Source: Candidatus Eiseniibacteriota bacterium (GTDB taxonomy: Bacteria; Eisenbacteria; RBG-16-71-46; JABDJR01; JAWXBZ01). From it: a DNA stretch of 59,030 nucleotides. Position numbers and translations under genes: made by a program. Where the stretch lies: contig JAWXBZ010000148.1 in assembly GCA_034440375.1 (NCBI GenBank), forward strand, positions 1 through 59,030, given 5' to 3'. Positions within the stretch are counted from its first letter, which is position 1. Each line of letters starts with the position of its first letter. The notes below the pieces were generated by a model that had not been told where the DNA came from, did not search any database, and worked only from the letters and a program-made list of their open reading frames with translations. Below, piece after piece: positions 10,370-20,018 of this stretch.

Positions 10370-13300
10370 ATCGCCGGAATAATAAGGATGCGGTATCGGG
10401 ACGACGTGCGGCCTGGTTGGGAATCCTCGCAGCCTGGGTTGTTTCGATTGGGCCAGGCGTGTCGGTGGCCCGTGCGCTCACACCCTCACCTGCTGATTGG
10501 CGCACCCTCATGGTTTACCAGGTCCTGACGGACCGTTTTTGGGACGGTAACCCCGCGAACAACAATGCCGAGGGATCGTACGAACCGGCCACCGGCAACC
10601 GCACGCACGGCGGGGACTTTGCGGGGTTGACCGCCCGGCTCGACTACATGAAGGGTCTCGGAGTGGGTGCGGTCTGGATCTCGCCCGTATACCTGAACGC
10701 GTATGGTGAGTATCACGGCTACGCGGCACGCGATTTTTACGGCATCTCGAGCCAGTTCGGCGGCCTGCCCGGCCTCACGGCCTTCGTCCAGGCGGCCCAC
10801 GATCGTGGCATCTACGTCGTCATCGATCTCGTTCTGAACCACACCGGGGACATGATCGATTCGGGGAGCGCCAATTACCCGGCCTTTGATGCCCCACCCT
10901 CGCCCTACACCCTGCGCTTCCGAAACCTGTCCCCACGGCCGGCGGCACCCTTCAACAACCTGTCCTGGTATCACAATAACGGCCACATCGGCAATTTCAG
11001 CGATCCCGAACAGATCCTGGGCGAACTGTCGGGACTCGACGATCTGAAGACCGAGTCGATCCCGGTTCGGGACGCGCTGGTTTTGGCCGCCAACTGGCTG
11101 ATCGACCAGACCGACTGCGACGGCTTCCGTATCGACACGGTCAAGCATGTCGAGCTGGAGTTCTGGCAGTACTGGACGCCGCTCGTCACGGCCCACGCCG
11201 CCGCTGTCGGCAAGGCGGATTTCCTGATGTTCGGTGAGGTCTTCGACGGGAGCGACGCGAAGAACGGCAGCTATACCGGCACCGTGGCCGGCGGACCGTA
11301 CGCGCTGAACAGCCTTCTTTACTACCCGATGCACTTTTCGTCGAACGACGTCTTCATCTACAACCAGCCGACGAGCCGCCTGAGTGACCGCTACAACGCG
11401 CTTGGCAACTACGACCCGACCGTGCGCGACCGCCTCGTCACGTTCCTCGACAACCACGACAACCCGCGATTCCTGGCCTTCGAAAAGGCCAGCCAGGACA
11501 CGACGAAACTGCGCGTGGCGCTCGACTGGATCCTGACCTCGGTCGAGATTCCCTGCCTGTACTACGGCACCGAACAGATGTTCGACGGCGGCGGTGACCC
11601 CTACTGCCGCGAGGACATGTGGGACGGCCAGTGGGACTACGGCCCCTCCGAGGGAGACAACTTCAACATGACGCACCCGCTTTACCTGCGCGTCAAGCGG
11701 CTCAACAACTGGCGGCGGCTCGTGCCGGCCCTGACCACGGGGGCGCAGACGCTGTTGCAGCATGATACCGGCGCGTCCGGTCTCTACGTCTACCGCCGGG
11801 GTGCGGGATCCACGGCGGCGATCGTGGCGTTGAACACCGCCTCGTCGTCGCGGACAACCTCGTTCCTGGCCACGCCGTTCGGGGCCAACGTGCCGCTGGT
11901 CGACCTGGCCGACACCTCGGCGGTGATTGCCACCAACGGCGCCGGCAATGTGCAGGTCAACGTGCCGAGCCGCTCGGGCCGAATTCTTGTGTTGCGCACC
12001 GGGCCCGTGCACCTGGACCCGCACGTGCTGGCCCAGAGCCCCGGTCATGACAGCCGCACGGTGCCGGCGCTGGCCCCGATCGTCCTGACATTCAACGAGC
12101 CGATGGACACGCTGTCCGTGATGACCGCGTTCGACCTTGAACCCCCGGTCTTCGGCCAGTTTGCCTGGTCGGCCAACCGTCGAACGATGACCTTTCAGCC
12201 ACTCGAGTCGATGGCTGCCGGGACGACCTACACGCTACGCGTCGCCATCGGGGCAGTTGACGCCACCAGCCGGCCCCTGATCGCGGCGTTTGACACCCGG
12301 TTTCGCGTCGGAAGCGGTTCGGTCTCCGGGATCACCGTGCCGTCCGGCTATCGCGTCGAGGTCCTGGCCCAGGAGGGGTTGTCGACGCCGGAGGGGCTGG
12401 CATTCGGGCCCGGCGTCAATGGCTGGAGCACCGACCTCTACGTGGGCGACGAATCACAGCGGAAGATCTTTCGGATCGGATCGACCGGGACCGTCTCGAC
12501 GTTCGCCTCGAACATGAGCCTGTACCAGAAGCCCGAGGGCCTGGCTTTCGACCGGTCCGCTTCGTACGGCAATGCGCTTCTGTCGGCGGACAACAACCAG
12601 TATGTCAGGACGACGAGCGGCGGAACACCGACGATGTTCGGGACGAGTACCGCCTCCGCGTCGGTCGGTACCATCGCCACCGCGACTGCGGGCGCGTTCC
12701 TCGGCCGGGCCTACGGCTCGTCGAACGACAACGACCGGATCGAACGGATCGAGACGAACGGCACCCGGACCACTTTTGCCACCGGCATCGGTGGACCCGA
12801 AGGTCTGGCCTTCGGGCCGGGCACGGGCGGTTGGACGGCCGATCTGTACGTGGCCGATGCCAATCTCGGCGGTCTGGCTCCCAGCGTCAACGGCCTCGGC
12901 GCCCTGTGGCGCGTGGCCGCCAACGGCTCGACCTCGCTCCTGTTCCAGGACCCCGCCCTGCTCGGTGCCAGTGCGCTGGCGTTCGACACGGTCGGCGAGT
13001 TCGGCGGCGCGCTCTTCGTCAGCGACATCCTGAACGAGCGCATTCTCATGGTATCGCCCGCAGGCGAGATCGAGGTCTTCGCGTCCGGGTTCGGCAATCT
13101 CTTTGCCTCGGGCGGGCTGGCGTTCGGCCCCGACGGAGCCCTCTACATCAGCGACACCGGCTCGGGGCAGTCGTTCACCGACTCGAGCGGCGGGACTGCT
13201 GTCGGACGGGTGCTCCGCATCGTGAAGCTGGACACGACGGATGTACCGGACTCACCGCCAACCATCCGCCTGACCGCGGCCCCCAATCCGTTCCGGGAAG

Positions 13301-13533
13301 GGGTCGATTTCTTCGTTGACCTGCCCGGAGCCGCCACCGTCCGATTGACCCTGTTCGACGCGCAGGGGCGCCTGGTGGCCAGGCTCCCGGAAACGACTCG
13401 CGATGCCGTATCACATCGGATTCACTGGGACGGTCGTGACAATCACGGCCGCCCGACGGCCCCCGGTGTGCTGTTTGCCATACTCGAGGCGGGAGGCGTC
13501 CGCCGCACCATCAAGCTCGTCCGCAGCCGCTGA
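10357..13533 (+). CDS. Secreted GH13 alpha-amylase with Ig-like, beta-propeller and C-terminal FlgD-Ig domains
   Basis: YQVLTDRF.DG, YHGY, DLVLNH, DGFRIDTVKH, GEVF and FLDNHD. Big_5-like TFNEPMD segment, repeated PEGLAF blades, PNPF...WDGRD tail. Confidence 0.88.
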   Translation: MPDVNRRNNKDAVSGRRAAWLGILAAWVVSIGPGVSVARALTPSPADWRTLMVYQVLTDRFWDGNPANNNAEGSYEPATGNRTHGGDFAGLTARLDYMKGLGVGAVWISPVYLNAYGEYHGYAARDFYGISSQFGGLPGLTAFVQAAHDRGIYVVIDLVLNHTGDMIDSGSANYPAFDAPPSPYTLRFRNLSPRPAAPFNNLSWYHNNGHIGNFSDPEQILGELSGLDDLKTESIPVRDALVLAANWLIDQTDCDGFRIDTVKHVELEFWQYWTPLVTAHAAAVGKADFLMFGEVFDGSDAKNGSYTGTVAGGPYALNSLLYYPMHFSSNDVFIYNQPTSRLSDRYNALGNYDPTVRDRLVTFLDNHDNPRFLAFEKASQDTTKLRVALDWILTSVEIPCLYYGTEQMFDGGGDPYCREDMWDGQWDYGPSEGDNFNMTHPLYLRVKRLNNWRRLVPALTTGAQTLLQHDTGASGLYVYRRGAGSTAAIVALNTASSSRTTSFLATPFGANVPLVDLADTSAVIATNGAGNVQVNVPSRSGRILVLRTGPVHLDPHVLAQSPGHDSRTVPALAPIVLTFNEPMDTLSVMTAFDLEPPVFGQFAWSANRRTMTFQPLESMAAGTTYTLRVAIGAVDATSRPLIAAFDTRFRVGSGSVSGITVPSGYRVEVLAQEGLSTPEGLAFGPGVNGWSTDLYVGDESQRKIFRIGSTGTVSTFASNMSLYQKPEGLAFDRSASYGNALLSADNNQYVRTTSGGTPTMFGTSTASASVGTIATATAGAFLGRAYGSSNDNDRIERIETNGTRTTFATGIGGPEGLAFGPGTGGWTADLYVADANLGGLAPSVNGLGALWRVAANGSTSLLFQDPALLGASALAFDTVGEFGGALFVSDILNERILMVSPAGEIEVFASGFGNLFASGGLAFGPDGALYISDTGSGQSFTDSSGGTAVGRVLRIVKLDTTDVPDSPPTIRLTAAPNPFREGVDFFVDLPGAATVRLTLFDAQGRLVARLPETTRDAVSHRIHWDGRDNHGRPTAPGVLFAILEAGGVRRTIKLVRSR

Positions 13534-13582
13534 ATTGTCAGCCATCCCAGACTCACCCCATCGAGATACCAGCTTGAAACGA

Positions 13583-13687
13583 ATGGCGACCGCATCCCTG
13601 TTACTGGCCCTTGCCATGCTCCTGCCGGCGGCTTCCCCCGCGAGGGCGGGCGGCCCCTTGCCGGTCCGGGTGGACCTGGTGGAATGA
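13583..13687 (+). pseudogene. Truncated 5' end of a secreted-protein gene
   Basis: MATASLLLALAMLLPAASPARA is a clean signal peptide, followed by only about 12 residues and a stop. Confidence 0.4.
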
Positions 13688-13764
13688 AACAACGTTCCCG
13701 GTGCCCTCGTTCCCGGCGTGAGATTCCGCCCGCACGGGGCCCCGGTCTCACGCAATCATCCGAA

Positions 13765-15045
13765 TTACAGAGACTTCAGGTACTCGACCAGATCGAGCTT
13801 CTGCACCTCGCTCAGGTGGAGCTCGAGCACCCGGTCGTAGTGATCGACAACGTCGACCAGCGACTTCGCACTCCCATCGTGGAAGTAGGGGGGGTGCTGC
13901 CATAAACCGCGCAGCGGCGTCGTCCGGTACTGCTTGTTTGTCGTGCGCAGCGCGTACTGTCCGTCCATGCCGGTTTCCGCCGGCATGTGGAGTTTGCCGG
14001 CATTGTTATCCGTTCCACTCCCGTTCGTGTGACAAGAGGCGCACTTGTTGTTGAAGATGACTTGACCCCGGCTGGCTATCGTTACATCGACCGTGCCGGC
14101 CGGAGGTTCAGGCGTCTTCAGGCTGTGCTGATAGTCGCGCAGCGCCGCCAGGTGCGGGGTTACCATGTCCGGCGAGTGTTTGACATCGATGCCCAGCCGC
14201 GGCTCCGAAAAGTTGCCCAGTCCATGCATCTGGGTGACGGCGACGTAGGCATTCCAGTAAGAGATCGGACCTTCCGCCGTGTAGGTCTCGTTCGTCACGT
14301 TCGCCAGGCCATACGCCGGCGGCAGCACCAGCGGTGTGCTCTTTCCATCCAGGTTGAATCGAGGATCGTATTTCCCCGGACCCCACGAACTGTAGATGGC
14401 CTTCTGCGCCGGCGTGATCGCTGGTGACAACGCGATAATGGCGCCGACGTTCAGGTCGCGGTTGGGCCAGCCGTCCAGGCGGCGCCCTATCCCCGCCGAG
14501 AACGAGTTGTCGACCGTCGAGTGGCAGAGGGCGCAGGTGATTCCCAGGCGGACCAGCTGATCCTTTCCATCCACCGTTTCCACGGTCCCCTTGAGTCCCA
14601 CCACCGCGTTCAGCTTGAGGAGCGCCACCGTGGTGGCGGGGCTTTCAAGATCGACTTGACCACTCTTGATGGCGGCGGCGATATCAGGGGGGATCGCCTC
14701 GGCATCCACTTTCAGTCCCACCTTCAGCGCCAGCGCGGGACTCACGGACTCCCGGACAACCTCGTGCATCCGGGCCGTGTCGGTCCAGAATGCTTCGTCG
14801 CCAAAGGTTTCGAAGCGGAAGACCCTCCGACCTTCGGCGAGGGCGGACGCGGAAGGCTCATCCATCGCCGTACCAGTCCCGGTCGCGGTACTGCCTCGAG
14901 TCGCCGCATTCCGCTTTTCGTCGACTTTGCCCCCGGAGCACCCGAGAATGGTACTGACCATGATGCCGATCATCACCAGCTTCAGCTTCGTCCAATAGCC
15001 TGGCTTCGAAGCCGAACAGACTGACAATGGACTTTGAGTGGACAT
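13765..15045 (-). CDS. Di-heme c-type cytochrome, probable lipoprotein (CcP/MauG-like C-terminus)
   Basis: Two heme motifs CALCH and CASCH, C-terminal TTPLRGLW..PPYFHDGS, lipobox-like ILGC. Confidence 0.8.
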   Translation of the reverse strand: MSTQSPLSVCSASKPGYWTKLKLVMIGIMVSTILGCSGGKVDEKRNAATRGSTATGTGTAMDEPSASALAEGRRVFRFETFGDEAFWTDTARMHEVVRESVSPALALKVGLKVDAEAIPPDIAAAIKSGQVDLESPATTVALLKLNAVVGLKGTVETVDGKDQLVRLGITCALCHSTVDNSFSAGIGRRLDGWPNRDLNVGAIIALSPAITPAQKAIYSSWGPGKYDPRFNLDGKSTPLVLPPAYGLANVTNETYTAEGPISYWNAYVAVTQMHGLGNFSEPRLGIDVKHSPDMVTPHLAALRDYQHSLKTPEPPAGTVDVTIASRGQVIFNNKCASCHTNGSGTDNNAGKLHMPAETGMDGQYALRTTNKQYRTTPLRGLWQHPPYFHDGSAKSLVDVVDHYDRVLELHLSEVQKLDLVEYLKSL

Positions 15046-15125
15046 GATCAACGCCCTCCATGATTGAGTGAATTGTCAGGCTTCGCTATTACCGGACAGC
15101 CGTTCGCCACCCTTCTGCCGCGGGC

Positions 15126-16079
15126 TTACCAGCTCCCATGCTCGTCAAGCCACCGGAGCATCTCGCCCACGCTTCCGGTTGCCAGTGCCACGCTGGTGTC
15201 GGCGGCTCCGTAGTAGACGTTTAGCGTATCGCCGTCCGCTCCAAGGGTGTAGCCGCACGGAAATGCCACGTTGCCCACGTCTCCCTCGCGCTCGTAGGGA
15301 GCCTCCGGGCCGAAGATCCATGAGTCGCCACGCGCGAGGCACTGTTCCGGATTTTCGATATCAAAGAGAGCCAGACCCAGCCGATACAGGGACCCTGAAG
15401 CCGTGTGCCGCACGCCGTGATAAATCATCAACCATCCCCGCGCCGTCTCGATGAGCGGCGGCGAAAGGCCAACCTTGTTCGCATCCCACCAGGCACCCTT
15501 GCGTGCCGGCAGAACCAGCTTGTGGCCGCCCCAGTTGCGAAGGTCCGGCGAGTACGAAATCCAGATGTGTGCGCCGGAGTCGGCCATCGGACGGTGAAGC
15601 AGGGCGAAACTCCCGTTAAAGCGCCTTGGCAGCAGCGCGGCGTCCTTGTCATCCGGCTGCATGACCAGGCCGTAGCGTTCGAACCGGCAAAAGTCCTCCG
15701 TCAGCGCGAGGGCAACGCCCGGTCCTCCCTGGCTGAACGCCGTGTAGGCAATCGCGTACTTGCCCAGCTCCTCCATCCAGGTGATTCGCGGGTCTTCGAT
15801 GCCCCAGAGCTCCTCCGGGTAGCCGAGTGGATCGGGCCACAAGGTCGGCTCCGGATCGATGATCCATCCATCAACGCCATTCACCGAGCGGGCGGCGCAC
15901 AGATGCGAGTGACCGCGCCGGTCCTCAACACGCGCCAGAAGAAGCGTTGTGCCGTCCTTGAGGAGCGTGGCGCCGGCATTGAACACGGTATGCGCGGGGT
16001 AGGGCCACATCGAGGCTTTGAGAATCGGGTTCGATTGATGCCGGTGTAGAAGCGTGACGTGTGGTCGGATCAATGTCAT
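15126..16079 (-). CDS. GH130 family glycosidase/phosphorylase
   Basis: NPIL, VFNAGA, GIEDPRIT, DKDAALLP, GWLMIYHGV and YYGAADT motifs. Confidence 0.9.
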   Translation of the reverse strand: MTLIRPHVTLLHRHQSNPILKASMWPYPAHTVFNAGATLLKDGTTLLLARVEDRRGHSHLCAARSVNGVDGWIIDPEPTLWPDPLGYPEELWGIEDPRITWMEELGKYAIAYTAFSQGGPGVALALTEDFCRFERYGLVMQPDDKDAALLPRRFNGSFALLHRPMADSGAHIWISYSPDLRNWGGHKLVLPARKGAWWDANKVGLSPPLIETARGWLMIYHGVRHTASGSLYRLGLALFDIENPEQCLARGDSWIFGPEAPYEREGDVGNVAFPCGYTLGADGDTLNVYYGAADTSVALATGSVGEMLRWLDEHGSW

Positions 16080-18370
16080 GCCATGACCTCCCGCACCACC
16101 GGCCGGTCGAGGGGAGCGAGTTCGACACCAAGAATATCGAGGAGCGCGAGCTGAAAGGAGAGGGTCGATTCCGCACCTTGATTTTCATTGAAGCGATCCG
16201 CGTGAAGTCCGTCCCGGCAGCCGCCCGTGGAGGCATCATAGAGCGACTGCTGCAGGTGGTTATGTCCAAGAAACCAGCCGAAAGCCCGGCGCGCGTGTAT
16301 CGTCCAAAGCTCCTCCCCCGTTACCCGCCGCGCCTCCAAACAGGCCGAAACCATTGAGCACGCCTCGATTGGTTGCTGATCGAACACCGCCCGGGCCTCT
16401 CCCCGCCCATAGAAACCGTTGGACCCGATGGGGGCGAAGTAGCCGTCCGTCGATCGCTGGACTGAAACCAGCCACTCGAGCGATTGAAGCCCCGCGGCGA
16501 CCATCTCCCGGTGATCCATCCCGGCTCCGGTGGCCAGCAATGCCTGTGACAGCCTGGCATTCTCGTAGGTGACCCGATCCTCGAACCAGGGCCAGTCGTC
16601 ACGGCGTGTCCTCTGGTACAAATCCAGCAGCCGCTCACCCAGTGTCCGCCGGAGGGATTGCACGCTGCTGTCGCCCTGGAACGCGTGCAAATACTCGTCG
16701 ATGCCCAGGAGAGCGAACGCCCAGGCACGCGGGCTGGTGAATTCGGCGACCGCCTGAAGGGCCTGGTGGAAAAGTGCGCCTGAGTGGCTCTGCCGACCAG
16801 GATCATGGGAGCGCCCGACGACCGCCCCCAGTGCCCAGAGGGCCCGCCCATGGCTGTCCTCCGAGCCGATTTCCTCGGACCAGTGTCGGGAATAGGTCAT
16901 GAAGTTTCGAAATCGCCCCCGTGGTTCATCGAACGCGTGACTGACGAAGGCAAGATAGCGCGTGGCGAGCGAACGCGTGGTCCCGGCACCCACTGTCCCC
17001 GCCTCCTCGACAAGCGCCATCAGGAGGAGGGCGCGTGCGTTGTCATCAAGGCAGTAACCATCGTCATAGCGTGGAACGCTGAAAACTGCATGCTGCAGGA
17101 TACCGGTCGGGTCTGTCATCAGTGACACATGCTCCAGGTTGGTCTCGGGAAGCTCGGCCGGTCGCTCCGCCAGTGTTCGGGCGTGGAAAACATTCCGGCG
17201 TCGGTCCGCGTGATCGGCGCACGCCCGCTCCAGGCTTTCATGGTAGCGCCGGGCCACCGCCGGCCAGACCATGTCGCTCGCGTAGTCAGCCGCGCGCCTT
17301 TCCATGGTCGTCCGCCGCGCATCATCGCCAAGGAGACCGATGACCTCACGGGAGATCGCCGCCGGATCCCGCCAGGGGACAATGATGCCGCGATCGTCGG
17401 CAAGCATCTCCAGAGCATGCGAATAAGGCGTTGAGATCACGGCCTTGCCGGCCCCAACCGCGTAGGCCAGGGTTCCCGATGTGCTTTGCTCGGCTTTGAG
17501 GTACGGCGTCACGTAAATGTCCGCGGCGGCCAGGAACTCGGCCAGCTCGGCCTGGGTCACGAAGCGGTCATGAAAAATGATATGCGCGGCCACTCCGAGT
17601 CGCTGCGCGCGATTCTCCAGCGCCAGCCGGTAAGTCTCGCCATGCTGTTCCTTGACATGCGGGTGAGTGGCACCCAGCACGATGTAGAGCACATTCGGGA
17701 AACGTTCGACGATCGCGGGCAGCGCCTCGATGACATGCTCAATTCCCTTGTCCGGCGACAGGAGGCCGAAGGTCAGGATCACCGACATTCCCTCCACGCC
17801 CAGCTGATCCTTGCCGCGACGGGCGCGCGGCGCGATCGGAATGCCGTGGGGTATGAGATCGATCTTGCCGATCGGGACGTCGTGGACTTCGTGGAGAAGC
17901 CGGGCCCCGCTCGCGCTCATGACAACGAGACGTTCGGAGAGTTGCGTCAGTTCGTTCATCACCTCGCGGTGGATGGCGTCGGGCTCGGGAAGGATCGTGT
18001 GGAGTGTGGTCACGATCGGCATGCGAAGTTCGCGCAGGAGCCCGAGGAGGTAGGATCCGGCCTTCCCGCCGAAGATACCGTATTCGTGCTGCAGGGAGAC
18101 CACATCGACCGCATTGACATTCAGGAAGTCCGCTGCCCGCCGGTAGGAGGCCACGTCGCCTTCGGCCAGTTCAAATCGGACGCGTCCGGGATAGGCGTGG
18201 CGCCGTCCGGCATCGTTCATGGCCATCACGAAACAATCCAGATCCGGAAACTCGGCCGCCAGCGTCTGGCTCAGATCGGTCGTGAAGGTGGCTATTCCGC
18301 AGTGGCGGGGCAGGTGATTGCCCAGCATGGCGATCGTCTGGATGCCTGGCGGGGCAATGACTGGATTCAT
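16076..18370 (-). CDS. GT4 glycosyltransferase fused to a C-terminal (alpha/alpha)-barrel-like domain
   Basis: PRHCGIATFT, QHEYGIFGG, TFGLLSPDKGIE and SGTLAYA, then GYCLDDNARAL and NQGAESTL. 4-bp overlap with the GH130 gene. Confidence 0.88.
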   Translation of the reverse strand: MNPVIAPPGIQTIAMLGNHLPRHCGIATFTTDLSQTLAAEFPDLDCFVMAMNDAGRRHAYPGRVRFELAEGDVASYRRAADFLNVNAVDVVSLQHEYGIFGGKAGSYLLGLLRELRMPIVTTLHTILPEPDAIHREVMNELTQLSERLVVMSASGARLLHEVHDVPIGKIDLIPHGIPIAPRARRGKDQLGVEGMSVILTFGLLSPDKGIEHVIEALPAIVERFPNVLYIVLGATHPHVKEQHGETYRLALENRAQRLGVAAHIIFHDRFVTQAELAEFLAAADIYVTPYLKAEQSTSGTLAYAVGAGKAVISTPYSHALEMLADDRGIIVPWRDPAAISREVIGLLGDDARRTTMERRAADYASDMVWPAVARRYHESLERACADHADRRRNVFHARTLAERPAELPETNLEHVSLMTDPTGILQHAVFSVPRYDDGYCLDDNARALLLMALVEEAGTVGAGTTRSLATRYLAFVSHAFDEPRGRFRNFMTYSRHWSEEIGSEDSHGRALWALGAVVGRSHDPGRQSHSGALFHQALQAVAEFTSPRAWAFALLGIDEYLHAFQGDSSVQSLRRTLGERLLDLYQRTRRDDWPWFEDRVTYENARLSQALLATGAGMDHREMVAAGLQSLEWLVSVQRSTDGYFAPIGSNGFYGRGEARAVFDQQPIEACSMVSACLEARRVTGEELWTIHARRAFGWFLGHNHLQQSLYDASTGGCRDGLHADRFNENQGAESTLSFQLALLDILGVELAPLDRPVVREVMA

Positions 18371-18463
18371 GTGTCCTTCCCCGACAGTGCTGGTTGTCCC
18401 GATTCCACACTTTGCGTACAGTTGGGAGGATATCCGATCCCACCTGCGCGAGGGCTAACCACA

Positions 18464-19186
18464 ATGACCTCCCGGTTTGAAGAACTCGATTTTCAACAGA
18501 CGCCCCTGGGCGAGTTGAGCCTCCGTCGCCGCCAGTCTCCATCCATTCCGGATGAACCGGTATACGAGGTCAAGATCGGAAACGAACTCCTGATGTCCAG
18601 TACGGTCAATGCCAGCGAGCGGGCCCTGGCCCGGTTGGCGTTGGAGGGGCGTCCCGATCAATCATGCGACGTGCTTGTCGGAGGCCTTGGCCTGGGCTAT
18701 ACGGCGGCGACGGTCCTGGAGTATTCCAGCGTTCGAAGCCTTGTGGTCATCGAGTTGCTGACTCCGGTGATTGACTGGCACCGCCGGCGACTCGTCCCGA
18801 TGGCCGGCCAGTTGATGGATGACCTGCGATGTTCTCTGGTCGAGGGGGATTTCTTCAAGCATGTCGCACCCGGCTCACCAGGCCACCGGGAGCGGCTCTA
18901 TGACATCATTTTGCTGGACATTGATCATTCCGCAGAGTCCTGGCTCCACGCCCGCCACCGCGAATTCTACACGGACATCGGATTCCGCGGACTTTTCGAT
19001 CGACTTCGGCCGGGCGGGGTATTTGGCTTCTGGTCGGCCTCAGAGCCTGCCGATCAACTACTGGACATCGTCAAAGGCATATTCCCGACCGTGCAATGCC
19101 ACGAGATCTCTTTCACCAACCCCCATCTGGGTGTAACAGACGCAAATTGGATACTGATTGCCAAGTCGGCCCCGGCCCTCGTTTGA
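18464..19186 (+). CDS. Spermidine synthase-like SAM-dependent methyltransferase-fold protein
   Basis: MTSRFEELDFQQTPLGELSLRRR, VLVGGLGLGYT, ILLDIDH. Confidence 0.8.
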   Translation: MTSRFEELDFQQTPLGELSLRRRQSPSIPDEPVYEVKIGNELLMSSTVNASERALARLALEGRPDQSCDVLVGGLGLGYTAATVLEYSSVRSLVVIELLTPVIDWHRRRLVPMAGQLMDDLRCSLVEGDFFKHVAPGSPGHRERLYDIILLDIDHSAESWLHARHREFYTDIGFRGLFDRLRPGGVFGFWSASEPADQLLDIVKGIFPTVQCHEISFTNPHLGVTDANWILIAKSAPALV

Positions 19187-19193
19187 TAAATCC

Positions 19194-19406
19194 TCAGGCC
19201 TTGCGTTTGTCGGCGACCAGCAGGGCAACGCCACCGATAATGGCAATGACACCCACAATGGGCGCGATCGGAAGCGTCTTGTGTTCCGTGGCCGTGGCCT
19301 TTATCCCACCGATATCAAGGACGGTCTTTTCCCGATTGTAACCAATACCACCATAAATAAGTCCGACGACCCCAAGGATCACGAGCAGCAGAGCGACTGG
19401 TTTCAT
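19194..19406 (-). CDS. Small two-TM membrane protein (DUF3185-like)
   Basis: MKPVALLLVILGVVGLIYGG...VLDIGGIKA...PIVGVIAIIGGVALL, with an RBS. Confidence 0.75.
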   Translation of the reverse strand: MKPVALLLVILGVVGLIYGGIGYNREKTVLDIGGIKATATEHKTLPIAPIVGVIAIIGGVALLVADKRKA

Positions 19407-19424
19407 GTAGCACACCCTTTCGGT

Positions 19425-19463
19425 GGCGATGGCCGGCCGGGTCAAGCACGGCCGGCCATCGCC
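19425..19463. terminator. 15-bp perfect intercistronic stem-loop
   Basis: GGCGATGGCCGGCCG / CGGCCGGCCATCGCC, no U-tract. Confidence 0.55.
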
Positions 19464-19469
19464 TGACAA

Positions 19470-19979
19470 TTAGTGGTAGAACGTCCAGCCAACTGTCAGC
19501 ATGACGTCCGGCGACGTATCGGTCAGGCCCAGCTTGGTTTCCAGAAAGAACCGGTCGCCATTGGACAGACCCTTGTCAATGCCGCCCAGGACGCTGAGAC
19601 CCAAGTCGGTGCTCGTATCATTGCCGAGTCCGTCGTCGCCGGCACTATAGAAGTTGAGACCGACGCCGCCACCCAGGTAAGGTGTCCAGACGTCCCAGTT
19701 CTCACTGAAGCGATAGGCCACATCCGCATTTGCCGTAACGAGCGTCACATCGCTGCCGAAGCCTACTTCGATGTTCGGCTGAAAACGGACGTGGTGGGCA
19801 AAGTTGCCAAAGTCCATGTGAGCGCCCACATGAACCTGATCGGGCTCAAAGGTCAGCCCGACGCGGGGACCCCAGCCTCGAAATCCGATGTCGCTACTGG
19901 GGTCCGCACGGGCTATCACCGGCTCGATGGCCACGGCCAGTGTCAACGTCAACAATGCCGTTGTCCAGGAATGTCGCAT
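19470..19979 (-). CDS. Small outer-membrane beta-barrel protein
   Basis: Signal peptide, amphipathic strands, PYLGGGVG motif, ends VGWTFYH. Confidence 0.75.
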   Translation of the reverse strand: MRHSWTTALLTLTLAVAIEPVIARADPSSDIGFRGWGPRVGLTFEPDQVHVGAHMDFGNFAHHVRFQPNIEVGFGSDVTLVTANADVAYRFSENWDVWTPYLGGGVGLNFYSAGDDGLGNDTSTDLGLSVLGGIDKGLSNGDRFFLETKLGLTDTSPDVMLTVGWTFYH

Positions 19980-20018
19980 GTGTCCTCCCTTGATTCGGGT
20001 CACAGGATGTGTTCCTTG

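Noticed and set aside
17486-18463. N-terminal 326 codons of the 566-aa plus-strand ORF
   Set aside because: Antisense to the GT4 gene. Recognisable sequence begins only at ATG 18464.
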